Source: Octopus sinensis
Taxonomy: Eukaryota
NCBI RefSeq assembly: GCF_006345805.1
Contig: NC_042997.1
Span: 61,070,001 to 61,134,000, forward strand
DNA length: 64,000 nucleotides
Direction: 5' to 3'
Shown here: positions 51,615-64,000 of the stretch, piece after piece
How the letters are laid out: every line of letters starts with the position of its first letter
Numbering within the stretch: the stretch's first letter is position 1
Position numbers and translations under genes: made by a program
The notes under the pieces: model-generated
The model's input: only the letters and a program-made list of their open reading frames with translations
Database searches by the model: none
Told to the model about the DNA's origin: nothing

Positions 51615-51930
51615 TTCCTTGTTGCAGTGTGGTGACTTGTGTCCTCAGTGACTTTGAGAGCGATGCCAACAGAGCATAAGCTCTTGGTAGGGTTGCCTAT
51701 GATTGACAGGTCAAAGGATAGAGACCAGTCTAATATTGGCCACCTCTTTCCAGAGGTAAAAATGAATTTGCATAGGATGTACACTCCTACCTAGGAAAAT
51801 GCAAGGTTATGGAAAGTTAATGACAATTCAAAATCAACAAGACATGAGAAAAGGCCTTAAGAAACAGGTTATAGTTGAGAACAGTGGAGAAAAGTTGTTG
51901 ATGGCTTATAGGGAATGAAAGGCTTAATAA
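51615..51930 (+). mobile_element. Non-autonomous RTE derivative (5' UTR joined to 3' end)
   Basis: RTE-like 5' UTR (ggtagggttgcc...gacaggtcaaagg...ccag) followed by a WRKVVDGL-type 3' end. Confidence 0.5.
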
Positions 51931-53308
51931 AAATATTGGTTTTCTCAACACTTTCATTATTCTGTCAAAAAATAAACTTCATGGGAAAATAACATAAATA
52001 GATCAGTGGTTCATATCCTGTATATTGCTTTCTGTTGTTAGAAAACCGAAGTAGTTAATTATTTGTATCCCAGCTGCAAATAGACATATATCGGACTACA
52101 TTTCAATGCTCTTTGCAATGAGAAATACAATTCTATTGAGCTGCCATAAGCTTTATGTAGTTCTGGCTTCAGTTCCTCCCATAGTAGGCAACAAGGTAAT
52201 GGCTTTCTATCTTAAATCCCTACATGAAGTTATATATTTCATTGATGCCTAGTAACCCAATGTGTTTGGAGATATCACTTTTCTTCATTTTCTTTTCATT
52301 TCATTAGAATATGGTTGAAAGTGATTTTGCCTTTCACTGATGTCAATAAAATAAATATTGTTAATATGCAGGGGCTGATTTAAGGAGTTGTATACCCTCC
52401 TCTTTGTTCCAAAGTGAGAATTAATTATTTCACTAATAACAATAATGATAATTTCTTAGATCAGGCTAGAAGTTATATTGACCAAGGTACTTGAATGGCA
52501 TTTTACTTTATTGATCCTGGGAGGATGAAAGGTAAAGTTGACCTTGGCATGATTTAACTTTAGAATATAAAGAGCCAGAATAAATACAAGGCATTTTATC
52601 AACACTTTAACAATTTAGGAAAATAGTCTAAACAGATTGATAAGCCAGAATGAAACACCGGCCAGCAGGAAATTAAAGATAATATTAGAAGGGCTTATAA
52701 TTGCAGCTCAAGTTCAATGCTCCCATGCTTGCTGCTATTAAAAAAAAACAAAAAGATAAAAAAAGCCCCTGAAAATCCACCCCTCAAAAAAATAAATAAG
52801 AAATTCAAAGGGATTATATCAAGTATGTGGTGAATTTGATGAAACAATTGATTACATATGCACATAATTCTCTGTATTAGCCATCTGTAAATTGATGTTT
52901 GAGGGGAAAACATGAACAGAAGAGAATATAAGAGGACTAGGATTGGCAAAAAAGCTATTAGGAGTAGAAATTGCAGAATGAGACGTAATAAATACGATAA
53001 GAAAGAAGAGATGAAGCATCATGTGAATTTGTATATGTGTGGATTGTTTGTATATATACACATAGCTTAGGACTAGCCAATGATCACTGTAAGAGTTGAA
53101 GAAGCAGACAGAAAAATGCATGTCTAAGATCTAGTAGGAAATATATGTTAGCAACTGAACCATTGCCAGATTCCTGTGGCTACCAGACTAGTTTACTGGT
53201 ACCTTGCACAATACAGTATTAAATAAACTTGTATCATTTATATTAATGTGCAGGTACCTGTATTTCATTTAATTATTTAAATTAATTTAATATTTGTTTA
53301 ATTTAGAG

Positions 53309-53644
53309 CAGTAGTTCTCAACAATTTTTTATCAAAGGACCCGTTTAATTACTATTTTATGCTGGTGAACCCCCATGGCTATTCGATATTTAAAAAACTA
53401 GTCTTATAGATATTTCTTTTGAAATCCCTATTTAGTTTTTCACGCAGTCTCTTGCATAATTTAGCAAGAAAATGCTGAAGTATGTTAAGCATTAGAGAAA
53501 GAAACTTGGCTGTTTCTAGCAATAAATACATCTGATGCAAAATTTTTCATGGACCCTTAATATAATACTGTTGATCCCCAAAAATACTATTTTGCTTTCA
53601 TGAACCTCCAGAAATCTTATATGGACTCTTGTTGAGAACCACTG
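53309..53644. mobile_element. hAT (Charlie-like) MITE
   Basis: TIRs cagtagttctcaac / gttgagaaccactg. 8-bp TSD atttagag / atttagtg. Confidence 0.85.
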
Positions 53645-53758
53645 ATTTAGTGTACTGACCATAGTTACCTCCCTTGATTTGGAAAGGCCAATGCTGTACA
53701 TGTATGTTGAAACATATTATCACTAAGATATATATATATATTTATATATATATATATT

Positions 53759-53831
<73 letters not shown>

Positions 53832-55000
53832 CTTTAGAGGTTGAGCTCTGTATTTAAAGATCTCAAGAGATTAATTAGAGTTTTGTCTTTAGAGATTTAT
53901 TATGTTCTATGATCAGAGACTGGTCTCTTTGTATTGTCTTATTCTACAATACTAGCAATAAATCTGTTGATTTCTCTATTGGGCTTCCTTTAATTATAGT
54001 TGTAGCTCAAGATAAAACAGTTCTCTTTCTTTCATTCTAGAATTATTATTATCATCATCATCATCATTTAAAGTTCTTTCTCCATGCTGGCATAGATTGG
54101 GCAGTTTGACAAAGGCTGGTAAACTAGAGAGCTGTGTCAAGCTCTGTTGTCTGTTTTGGCATGGTTTCTATGGCTGGATGCCCTTCCTAACTCCAACTGC
54201 TTTACAGAATGTAATGGGTGCTTTTCTTGTGGCATCAGCACTGGTGGGTTCATCAAGTAATTTGCAAGTCAAGACAAAATCCTCTGGCAGAGAGTAGTAT
54301 TGAAGGAGGTGGTTTTGTGCCAGTTGATGAGAATTTAAAAGAATAATAGGATGTTAGAAATAGGTGTCTTGCTGTAGAGACTGAAAGGGAATTATAGAGA
54401 TGGAGAGTGGGAGAGATAATGGTGGATGTATATCAGGATATACTCTCAAGGGGAATACTGGTGAAGTGATATAAAGGATTGGACTGGGTGAATGGGCATG
54501 GGAAACAATGGAAGTGAAACATATCAATCATCTCATATAACAACAGGGAAGCCTCTATGTGATCATTTGATTTGCTAGAAAAAGCAGCCAAATCTCCCTC
54601 CAATCACATCCAACCAACTTCATAAATAAAAAGATACATTCAACAATGGAAGACCTGAGTATGAAAGAAGTTAGTGATTATGACTGAAATACTGTTGAAC
54701 ATTGGTCTTCTCAATCAGTAAATAACTTAAGCTTGAATATTGATATCAACAACTATAACCATCATGAGCTTCCAAGCAATGGCTTGATCTACTAGAAATA
54801 GCAACCAAATGTACTTCAGATCATACCTTACCATCTTAAAGAAAAGAGTGATACATTGGATAGGTCAAAATAATATATGAGATAGTCATGGTTGGACAAC
54901 AACAAAAGACAAGCCAAGTCAAGAAAGAGGTCCAGTACACTGTGCTGTTCTGGTACACTGGAAAAAATATCTAGGCATACTCAAATGTCTAAAATACAAT

Positions 55001-55644
55001 TTAACCCTTTAGAATTCACATTGCTCTGTCAAATGTAATGCTTATTGATTCACATTGTTTTGTGAGAAATTTTCTCTGTGACAAAACACAGTGAATGACT
55101 TGTTTATTAGTCCAAATGTGCCACAAGCATATTTGAACTTGTAGTAACATTGCATTTATACATTTCACTACTTAACGCTCCTACTTAGTAAGCTCCTACT
55201 GAGCTGCTGTGTAGTGTTATCAGCTCTCATATACTGACTGAAATACTATTAGAGAATCACTCTCTTTCATCAGTTTGCAGTGCCCTCCACCTAGTGACTG
55301 TGACCAAATACTTTAAAATGCTGCATCTCACAGTCTATAAAGCAGGTGCTGCAAACAGATCTCGGTGAATTTACACTACTGTCCACAGCAAGAAAATTTC
55401 TCCATGACAAAACACTGTGAATGGCTTGTTTATTAATCCAAACATGCCCCAAGCATATTTGAACTGGTAGTATCATTGCATTTGGTCAATTATTATCTTG
55501 TAGCTTTGAGATTTTAATGAAATGATTGTTTATTTTTCGAATGACATTGTAGGGTAAGTGTGAGAGGCCGAATCTGGCAAGGTTGAACATAAAACAGATA
55601 CAATATTTAGACAAGATGTGGCTGGTTTAATTGCTAAAGGTTAA
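55001..55644. mobile_element. piggyBac-type MITE interrupted by a direct-repeat insert (55063-55483)
   Basis: TTAA-ccctttag ... ctaaagg-TTAA. Internal direct repeats 55065-55157 / 55391-55483. Confidence 0.7.
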
Positions 55645-58600
55645 GGTTTTAGAAAATCCATAGTCACTGTTAAGTCTTCAAAAATGAGTTATTAATAAAT
55701 TTGTTATACAAAAGTATGATTAACTCTTTTAATACCAGCCAACATGAGACTGCCCCTAGCTCTATAATACAAACCTTCTGTTTAAAGTGATTTAAATTAA
55801 AACCTTCCATCAAAATTTCATGTTAATTTATTTCAAACACCAGATTAATAGTGATGAAGTTATTTTACAAAATTCTTCTTTACTTTATTTCAAAAATTAA
55901 TTGAAAGAAAGAAAGCATATTTCAACAGAATTGTAGTTATAAAATGATTAATAAATCAAGGCAAAAATAGTTTTTTTTATATACTCTCTAAATTTTAAAA
56001 TCATAAAACATTTCTTTCTTTTAACTTACAAAATGTGCTGGTAACTTTTAACTTACCACATGAAGACATCATCATCATCATTTTGATGTCCACTTTTTCA
56101 TGCATGCATGGGTCATGGAATTTGTTGAGGTGGATTTTTTTACAGTTGAGTGCATTTGTTATCACCAACCCTCACCTGTTTTGAAGTAAGGTAATATTTC
56201 TTTATGATCAGGCATGTCTTCATGGAAGATTGGAAATGAAGGACACTGCTTGCATGATGGTGATACTTGCTTGCAATTATTATGTGATGTCATGAAAGTA
56301 AGAAGACACACACATTCACACACATGTGCACACACACATTACATACATATATATATATATGCACACACACACACATACATGCATGCATGAATGGTAAGCT
56401 TCTTTCAGTTTCTGCCAACCAAATCCACTCAAAAGGCTTTGATTGATTCTGGGCTATAGTAGAAAATACTTGCTCAAAGTCCAACCCAATGGGACTGAAC
56501 CAAAGCCATGTGATGGGGAAGCAAACTTCTTACCATACAGCCACACCTGTGCTATGCCCATTATTTCTTTGCTTGATCTCCAGTGCACCTAGACATCAAA
56601 AAGACTAGGGGCCACTCCCCAGTTGTCTTAAAAAGAGAAGGGCTCATTGAATAATGTAGCTTGAAGTACATCTGCACAAAAGATGGGATGGTCATAAGTG
56701 TGCTTGGTCAAGATCGAAAACAACAACCACTAAAGAAAATTAATTTTTTTTGTGATTGAAATATTGTTATATGATTAATTAAAAGCAAAAACTGATGAGG
56801 CAAAAAGTCAGTTTTGTTAGGAAATAGTGTTTACAAAATAGGGGGTGGTCATGATTTAAACATCTTTGGTCATATGTTTGCATGGTCAGAGTTGAGGTAG
56901 AACTAAAACAGCAACAACAACAGATGAAAGTTACCATTGTATAATTAGGTTATTGCTATATGATTAATTAAAAACATAAATTTATAAAGCAAAAGGTCAG
57001 TTTTGTAAAGAAATGAAGTTTATTCACTGAATTGATTGGAATATGTTACTAGTTCATATGTTAACGATTCTGAATAAACTCTAACCTGATAAGATTTTAA
57101 TTTAGAATATAGAATGATTTTATTTCTGTGAATGAAGGCTCTCCCTAATGCCAAACACTTCACTGTATGTACCAGGTGCTTTTTTTCAAGGTACCATCAC
57201 CAGTGAGTTGCTACTGAGCTTGCAAGACAAAGACCCCCTTCAACTGAGTGGGGATACAATCAAATGGGAGATTGCTTTTATGCAAGGAGCTATGGCAACT
57301 TGGGCAAGTGCCTTCTACTATACCTTGAGCCAACCAAATCCTTGTGAGTGGATTTGGTAGACAGAAAGTGAAAGAAGCCCATTGTATGGGGTGGGGTTGA
57401 ACTTTCACTGATGTATATTGTCAATAGATATATGCAATGGAGTGAAATTCAAAAATTGGGTGCTTTAGGAATGAGGTTCTTGAGATACATTGACCTAGCC
57501 TTGTCCCTCTGACATTAAAAAAAAAAAAAGCAATGGATCAGTGATCATCCCACAGGAAATTCATAATAATGAAGTTATTTTACACAACTCTTCATTATTT
57601 TATTTCAAAAATGAATTGAAACAAAGGAAGCATATTTCAATAAAATTGTAGTAATGAAATGATTAATAAAACAAGACAAGTAATAGTTTTCTATATATTC
57701 TCTAAATTTCAAAATTATAAGTTTTACAAATTAATGTATAAAATAAAGAGACCATAAAAACATAAAGGTTTAAGTATACTCTGGCCAGATTAAAATTTAG
57801 AATATAAAGAAATATAATTATATACCACCAGATATCCTTTCTTTTTTTTTTCACTTGTTTCAGTCATTGGACTGTGACCATGCTGGGGTCATAGCCTTGA
57901 AGGGCATTAATTGAACAGATCAATCCCAGTAATTATTTAAAGTTTGGTACTTATTCTGTTGGTGTTTTTGTTGAACTGCTTAGTAGATGCAAACAAACCA
58001 ATGGCAGTTGTCCTGTGATGGAGTGAGGAGAACAAACACACACACACACATATGATGGGCTTCTATACAGTTTCCATCTCCTAAATTCCCTCACAAAGCA
58101 TTGGTTGGCTTCAGGGTATAGTAGAAGGCTCTTGCCCAAGGTGCTGCACAGTGGGACTGAACCTGAAATCATCTAGCCACAAAATAAGCTTCTTAACCAT
58201 ACAGCCATGCTCATGACTATTTTTATCTGACTTTTCATCATTTCTGTCATCCATTGGCCCGCTGTATTTTATTCAAATGAAAAACACAATAGCTCCGACA
58301 GTTTTCAAACTTAGAATGTTGAAGCACGAAATTAAATATTTCATAATGCTTATCTCTATTTTTGTTGTTCTTCATCCAATTGTATTCATCAAGTTTGCAA
58401 AGTCAAATATTGGTGAACTTGTTCCTTTATTCTCATGGCATAGCTTAATACTTCATCAATGTGATTTGGTACAATTCCAAGATGTTGGAAGTTACATATC
58501 AATATATTTCCGCAGAGAGACATTATGTAGTTATTTGTGTAACTGAGTTAACACCTTACAAATCTATATGATTATTTAATAGAGTCTTCATCCTACTTTC

Positions 58601-59641
58601 GTTTTCTTCATTTTTTTTTTTTACACAATTAAAAATGTTTCACACATGAAAATGTACTCTCACGACGAACTGAAACATTCACTTAACATACTATACACAG
58701 ACATACATACATATACACAGAAGCATGCACTTAGTAACGTACATATAGACTCATAAAAATAAACACCTGGAATGATGCAATCACATATTCACACAAATAC
58801 ATATAGAAATGCACACATACACATGTAAGTATAGAAATATACATACTTTGTATGTATATTTCTATATACATACAAGTGCATATGCATCAAACTTAAAGAC
58901 ATATATTCACACACTGAACCACAATCCTAGAAATACACACATTTTTTAAAAAATGCATACATGAAGCAAACACATACCAATGTATGTGTGTGTATGCTGA
59001 AATATACAAAGAAAAATTTGTGTACAGAAAGACAAACACATAAATACAACTAAACAAGAATTCAGTCATACATATGCACACAAATGTTACTAATTTGATT
59101 TTAAATAAACCAGTGATATTTAGAGTAAAAATATGGCCATCCATGACTATAACTGTATAAATTTAAAATGGTAAATATGTTTTCCAAAATAAAATTGTAT
59201 TTTTTATAAGTGGAAATTTCCAGTGCTGGTTAAAACTTTGAGTCATCTTTTCTTTTTATTGGGTGGGGAGAGTAAACTTCTGGAAATATTTAGAAGAAAT
59301 TATTGTGAAACAAAGGAAAAAGAAGACATTAACTCCATACATTTTATATCCTTTCATATTTTCCTGTTGGTATATATTTAAGCACTTCTACGTCTGTCGA
59401 AAATTTTTGTGTAGGTTCATCTCTTTCTCTTTCCTCCTCTCTCATAAAAACACACACACACAGAGGCACAGATGTGTGCTTACACACACACGCATACATT
59501 ACACACACACATACATATGTTCATACATACATACATAATACACAGATACATGCATTCATACATATATATATATATATATATACACATACACACACATACA
59601 TATGTTCATACATACATACATAATACACAGATACATGCATT

Positions 59642-59673
<32 letters not shown>

Positions 59674-59838
59674 CTGATAAGATCTAGCAAGATTTAAAAA
59701 TAGCCATTGTTTTTACACTGGTTTAAAGACCAGATCCACCCCTAGTGAAATGTCATTAATTTTCCAAAAACCTGAGTTGGCTGATATTAATTGAATTATC
59801 TCTGTTGCTTGCTATTTTAAAATCTGTTAAATACCTGA

Positions 59839-59933
59839 GGGAGTTTTTGTCTTCTCATTGCAAGGAAAGTATCAGCAAGAACTGATATTTTTCTTAACTG
59901 ATATTTTCCTTGCAATGATACTTTTCAACTCCC
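59839..59933. ncRNA. Pre-miRNA-like hairpin (candidate)
   Basis: 21-bp stem tcattgcaaggaaagtatcag / ctgatattttccttgcaatga (one G-U on plus), 22-nt loop region, basal gggagtt/aactccc helix. Confidence 0.35.
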
Positions 59934-60942
59934 TTTATTACATATGGGAGATTTACCATCTATATTTACATACACATCATGCAGAATGCTTCCCCAAGGT
60001 ATTTTCTTTCATCTCTATACTGCTTTCAGTGTTCTTTTTGCATCTCATCTAAGGTTAGAAATTTGACTCCAGAGTGTTTGTGCTAAAACATTGAAGCAGT
60101 TTATAAATACAAAACGGTCATACATTTCGTATCACAGAATTTACACTTTACATTAGCTGTGTATTGAGTCATTTATAGAACAGTGGCCTTTTTGATTATC
60201 CCATTGAGAATTATGCAGAATATATAGATACATTATGACAGCCACCAGTGAACTAAGGCAACTTTGCATACAATGCTTTTTAATGTACCTGTGTTCTATT
60301 GTTGACCAAAATAGTGGACTGCAGTCTAGAAATCAGAATAAGATTTTGTGCAGGAAGATTAGCCTTGAAGTCACTCAAAATGATATGGAAAGACTACAGC
60401 TTCAGTGAAAAGTATCAAGCTGAAACTTCTGGTTTGGCCACTTGTGTTATATGTCAGTGAAGTGCAGACCCAAAGGGTGGCTGACACAATCCATTAAATG
60501 CTGTGGTTCAGTAAGGTGGCTCATAGAATGACTTGTTCAGTCACTGAAATATAAGAGTGGACCAAAATCTGGTGATGGTGGTCAGATGACAAAAACTTTA
60601 ATATTTTGGCCTTATAATCAGAGGCTGGGTAAAATGCAGATGGATTTGTGGGCAAAGAGACAGCGATAGCATGTCAGAGTATATGGCTGTGATGCAAAAC
60701 TAGTCTGTGCTGTAGAGTGGTGATTGTATTTGAGATCTCAGACTACTGATCCTCATAAGCATGGGGACATTTATTCACACACATACACACACACATGCTC
60801 ACACACATGTTAATATACATATTTGTCTGTGTGTTGGTTTGCTTTGGCTTCTTGAATCTTGCGAGAGTTGTAAGGTTGCTGGAATGGCATTTAAAATAGG
60901 CAGAGTCCATTCTTCTCTTGTGTGATTATAGTTGATTTCTTC

Positions 60943-60982
<40 letters not shown>

Positions 60983-61234
60983 GAGGGAATGATAGAAAGA
61001 AAAGGAAGAATCAATACCAGTACTGGATTGGTACTTTGTTTCTCCATTCCAAAAGGATGAAAGGCAAAGTTGACCTTGGCAAGATTTGAGCTCAGTGTGA
61101 AGAGGGATGGTACAAATATGGCAAAGTATTCTATCCTGATGCCCTGACAAGTCTGTCAACCAATGTGTGTGTGTGTGTGTGTTTATGAATTTGTGTTGCA
61201 AGATTTCTGATGTGAAACAATGTGTTGAAACAGA

Positions 61235-61629
61235 TATTGTAGTATTTTGGGGTGGTTATTGTTTTTTTTTTTGCTTTTTTTTTTGCCAAATAAACACATG
61301 CGCTATATAGTCGTACTTCACCCATTTATTACTATTCTTATTTTAACTCGTATCCATTGTCCAGAAATCTTTTGTCACACATCTGTGACCTCTTCAGCAA
61401 CACTTTTCATCCTCATGTGTGCTCCTGCTCTGCTTAGTCCATTCTCTAAGCAAAGCAGGAGCACACATGAGGACAGAAAGTGTCACTGAAGAAGTCACAG
61501 ATGTGTGACAAAAGATTTCCAGACAATGAGTTACAATAAGAACAGTAATAAATGGGTAAAGCACCACTATATAGTGCGTGTGTTTATTTGGCAGAAAAAA
61601 AAAAAAGACCACCTCGAAATACAACAATA
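61235..61629. repeat. Older fold-back palindrome with degenerate hammerhead-like motif in each arm
   Basis: Arms about 61235-61437 / 61446-61629. tgtca-CTGAAGA-a-gtcac..gtgac-AAAA-gatttc-cagaca at 61481-61525. Confidence 0.75.
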
Positions 61630-61635
61630 CAAACA

Positions 61636-61676
<41 letters not shown>

Positions 61677-62431
61677 AGATACATATATATACATACATAC
61701 AGACTTTCTCTCTATCTCTAACACACACACACACACACACAGAATTTTGTCTATTTAGAGACAAAGAATACAGAAACGTTCAATACTCTCTGGTATCAGA
61801 AGTGTGTGCAATCTACTGTATGTTCATCATATGATACATTGATAACTTGAATGATTTTTAAAGAGTACTCAGTAAGCTTCAAGAAGGTTGCCTAGTCTCT
61901 TATGTCAAGTGTCATTCATCTTGCATCAGGAGGGTTGCCTTAAAGTTCATTCCTACTCAATCTGCTAATGAATACAATCTATGATAAAAGGTCAATTGCC
62001 TGATACCTTAAAGTAAGTATATGTATTCCTCTTTAACATATGACAAGCATATAAATATAAGTATGTATGTATGAATGTATGTATGTATGTATGCATGTAT
62101 GTATGTAGTGTAGTGTAGTGCAGTACAGTGCAGTGCAATGCAGTGTAAAGCCAAAAGTTTTGCAATATTTTGGTAACTTATTTACTTTATTTGTCAAACG
62201 TTACAGCAAAAATAGGCTCACATTCAAAGTAGAGGCTATTGTGTTGCACCATCAAAAGCCACCTTTCTGCCAGTTCTTTGAACCCACACTGCTATTAGTT
62301 CTTGTCCTCTGAGGTAAAGAATTCCTTCACTGAAACTTCTACTCCCACCTCTTCTTGGTTGATGAAGCATTATGAGACCAGGTAATAAGCCATAAGTGTG
62401 TGTATGTGTGTATATATATACATATATATAT

Positions 62432-62809
62432 TGTAGTACTCCATTGGTTACAAGGAGGGTTCCAGTTGATCTGATCAACAGAACAGCCTGCTCATGAAAT
62501 TAACTTGCAAGTGGCTGAGCACTCCACAGACACATGTACCCTTAATGTAGTTCTTGGAGAAATTCAGCATGACACAGAATGTGACAAGGCTGGCCCTTTG
62601 AAATACAGATACAACAGAAACAGGAAGAAAGATTGAGAGAAAGTTGTGGTGAAAGAGTACAGCAGGGTTCGCCACCACCCCCTGGTGGAGCCTCGTGGAG
62701 CTTTAAGTGTTTCTGCTCAATAAACATTCACAACACCTGGTCTGGGAATTGAAACCGCGATTCTACAACCACGAGTCCGCTGCCCTAACCACTGGGCCAT
62801 TGTGCCTCC
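62432..62809 (-). mobile_element. tRNA-derived SINE
   Basis: Diverged copy of 39438-39821. Confidence 0.85.
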
Positions 62810-62825
62810 GCACACACACACACAC

Positions 62826-62859
<34 letters not shown>

Positions 62860-63364
62860 TTGTATATGTGTATATATATATATATACACACACACAAACG
62901 CACACACACACACACATACACACCATACAAATAGATGTCATCATCATATTATGTCCATATTACTATTCGTGTGTGGTTTGAACAAATTTTGCTCTTCACA
63001 AAGTCATGGTACTTACTAAAAATAAGCATTTTCTGTGTAATGTAAAGTTCTTATTTTTACTTTCTCTATGAGCTCATTGCATCTAATTTTCTTAGTGACC
63101 ATCAGACCACTGAGAGAAGAACCCTGTAAAAAATGTTGGCATGCTCTTGACAGTTGAATGCCAGGTGTAAGCCTTTTTTTTTTTGCTGTTGTCCCACTAA
63201 GTTCTCAGTAGTTACTTGTCCAGGGTACCCTGTTAATTCTATAAATTGGTCCATCAGTTTAATGCTTCTGTTGTTATTCTTTTTAAAGATTCCCCATTGC
63301 TCTTGTAGCAATGATACTATGAGATATACATATACACACACATATATGTTTATATGTATACATA

Positions 63365-64000
63365 CAGAGGTTGGACAAAATAATGGAAACACCTAGCATC
63401 ATAAGTTTGAAATAGCTATAAAACCATCAAAAGCTTGTTAATTTTAATGTTTTTTTTATTTATTACTAGTGTTGCTTAATATGTTTTGCTACAATTGCTT
63501 TTCTTTTCAGATATCACCAGAAAAAGGTAATTCAAATTCATTAAAATGACAGATCTGTCAGACTTTCAAAGAGGTCAAATTGTTGGTGCTCGTATGGCAG
63601 GTGCTAGCGTAATGAAAATAGCCAAAATGTTTGGTGTATCAAGAAGTACTGTCTTGAAAATAATGACAGCCTTTGAAAAAGAGGGAAAAACCTCATCATT
63701 GAAACAAAACTTTTGAAGAAAACCAAAACTTTCAGATGGGGACCATCGAACTCTTACGCAAATTGTTAGAAAGAATCACAAAAGTACAGTTCACAAAATT
63801 ACTGCAGAGCTTAATGACCTCCTCAAGAACCCAGTTTCCACAAAAACTGTTTGCCGGGAGCTGCACAAAGCTAGATTTCATGGGAGGGCTGCAATCAGAA
63901 AACCACTACTTTCAAAAACAAACGTTGCAAAGTGTTTAGAGTGGAGTAAAAACCTACAGAATTGGTCCCTAGCACGGTGGAAGAATGTTAATTTCTTGGA
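63365..64000 (+). mobile_element. Tc1 transposon 5' part (left TIR plus transposase N-terminus), runs off the window
   Basis: TA-cagaggttggacaaaataatggaaac. ATG at 63546 gives MTDLSDFQRGQIVGARMAGAS..IAKMFGVSRSTV (HTH)...*RKPKLS...AIRKPLLS, with one in-frame stop. Confidence 0.9.

Noticed and set aside
50788-52200. Short exon-like segments (about 50788-50860 minus, about 52075-52195 plus)
   Set aside because: Plausible splice sites but unrecognised peptides on conflicting strands. They cannot be supported without RNA data.
1-64000. Numerous His/Thr/Tyr/Ile/Cys/Val-rich ORFs in the track (e.g. 33177-33515, 39087-40280, 44744-45038)
   Set aside because: They are translations of (CA)n/(TA)n/(TG)n microsatellites and SINEs.
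1135-64000. Matching Tc1 TIRs at 1443 and 63365 as ends of one giant element
   Set aside because: They face outward (3' end on the left, 5' end on the right), so they are two separate copies of one family.

Overview
AT-rich, microsatellite-dense eukaryotic DNA, probably an Octopus/coleoid genome (inferred from the SINE families and composition). Almost all ORFs in the supplied track are microsatellite or repeat noise. The one host coding element I can identify is missing from the track. It is a 98-nt first coding exon (4244-4147, minus strand) of a Slo2/KCNT sodium-activated K+ channel, MVSQADFQVPPLPPRYRFRDLIWGESGHQDET(R). The rest is transposon debris: tRNA-derived SINEs, RTE and CR1/L2-like LINE pieces, Tc1 (DD34E), maT (DD37D), hAT/piggyBac/pogo-type MITEs, a Helitron piece, and an ORF1-only Tx1/L1-like element with a 14-bp TSD inside a SINE head. 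The most striking pattern is a set of sequence-unrelated fold-back (palindromic) inserts next to (TA)n/(CA)n tracts. Most carry type I hammerhead-ribozyme motifs (CUGANGA...GAAA-palindromic stem III-NUH), often one on each strand. Two motifs lie next to Penelope-like GIY-YIG coding remnants. There are also several templated inverted duplications, a 326-nt 1.3-mer structured insert and a pre-miRNA-like hairpin. All calls were made by eye and repeat boundaries are approximate.
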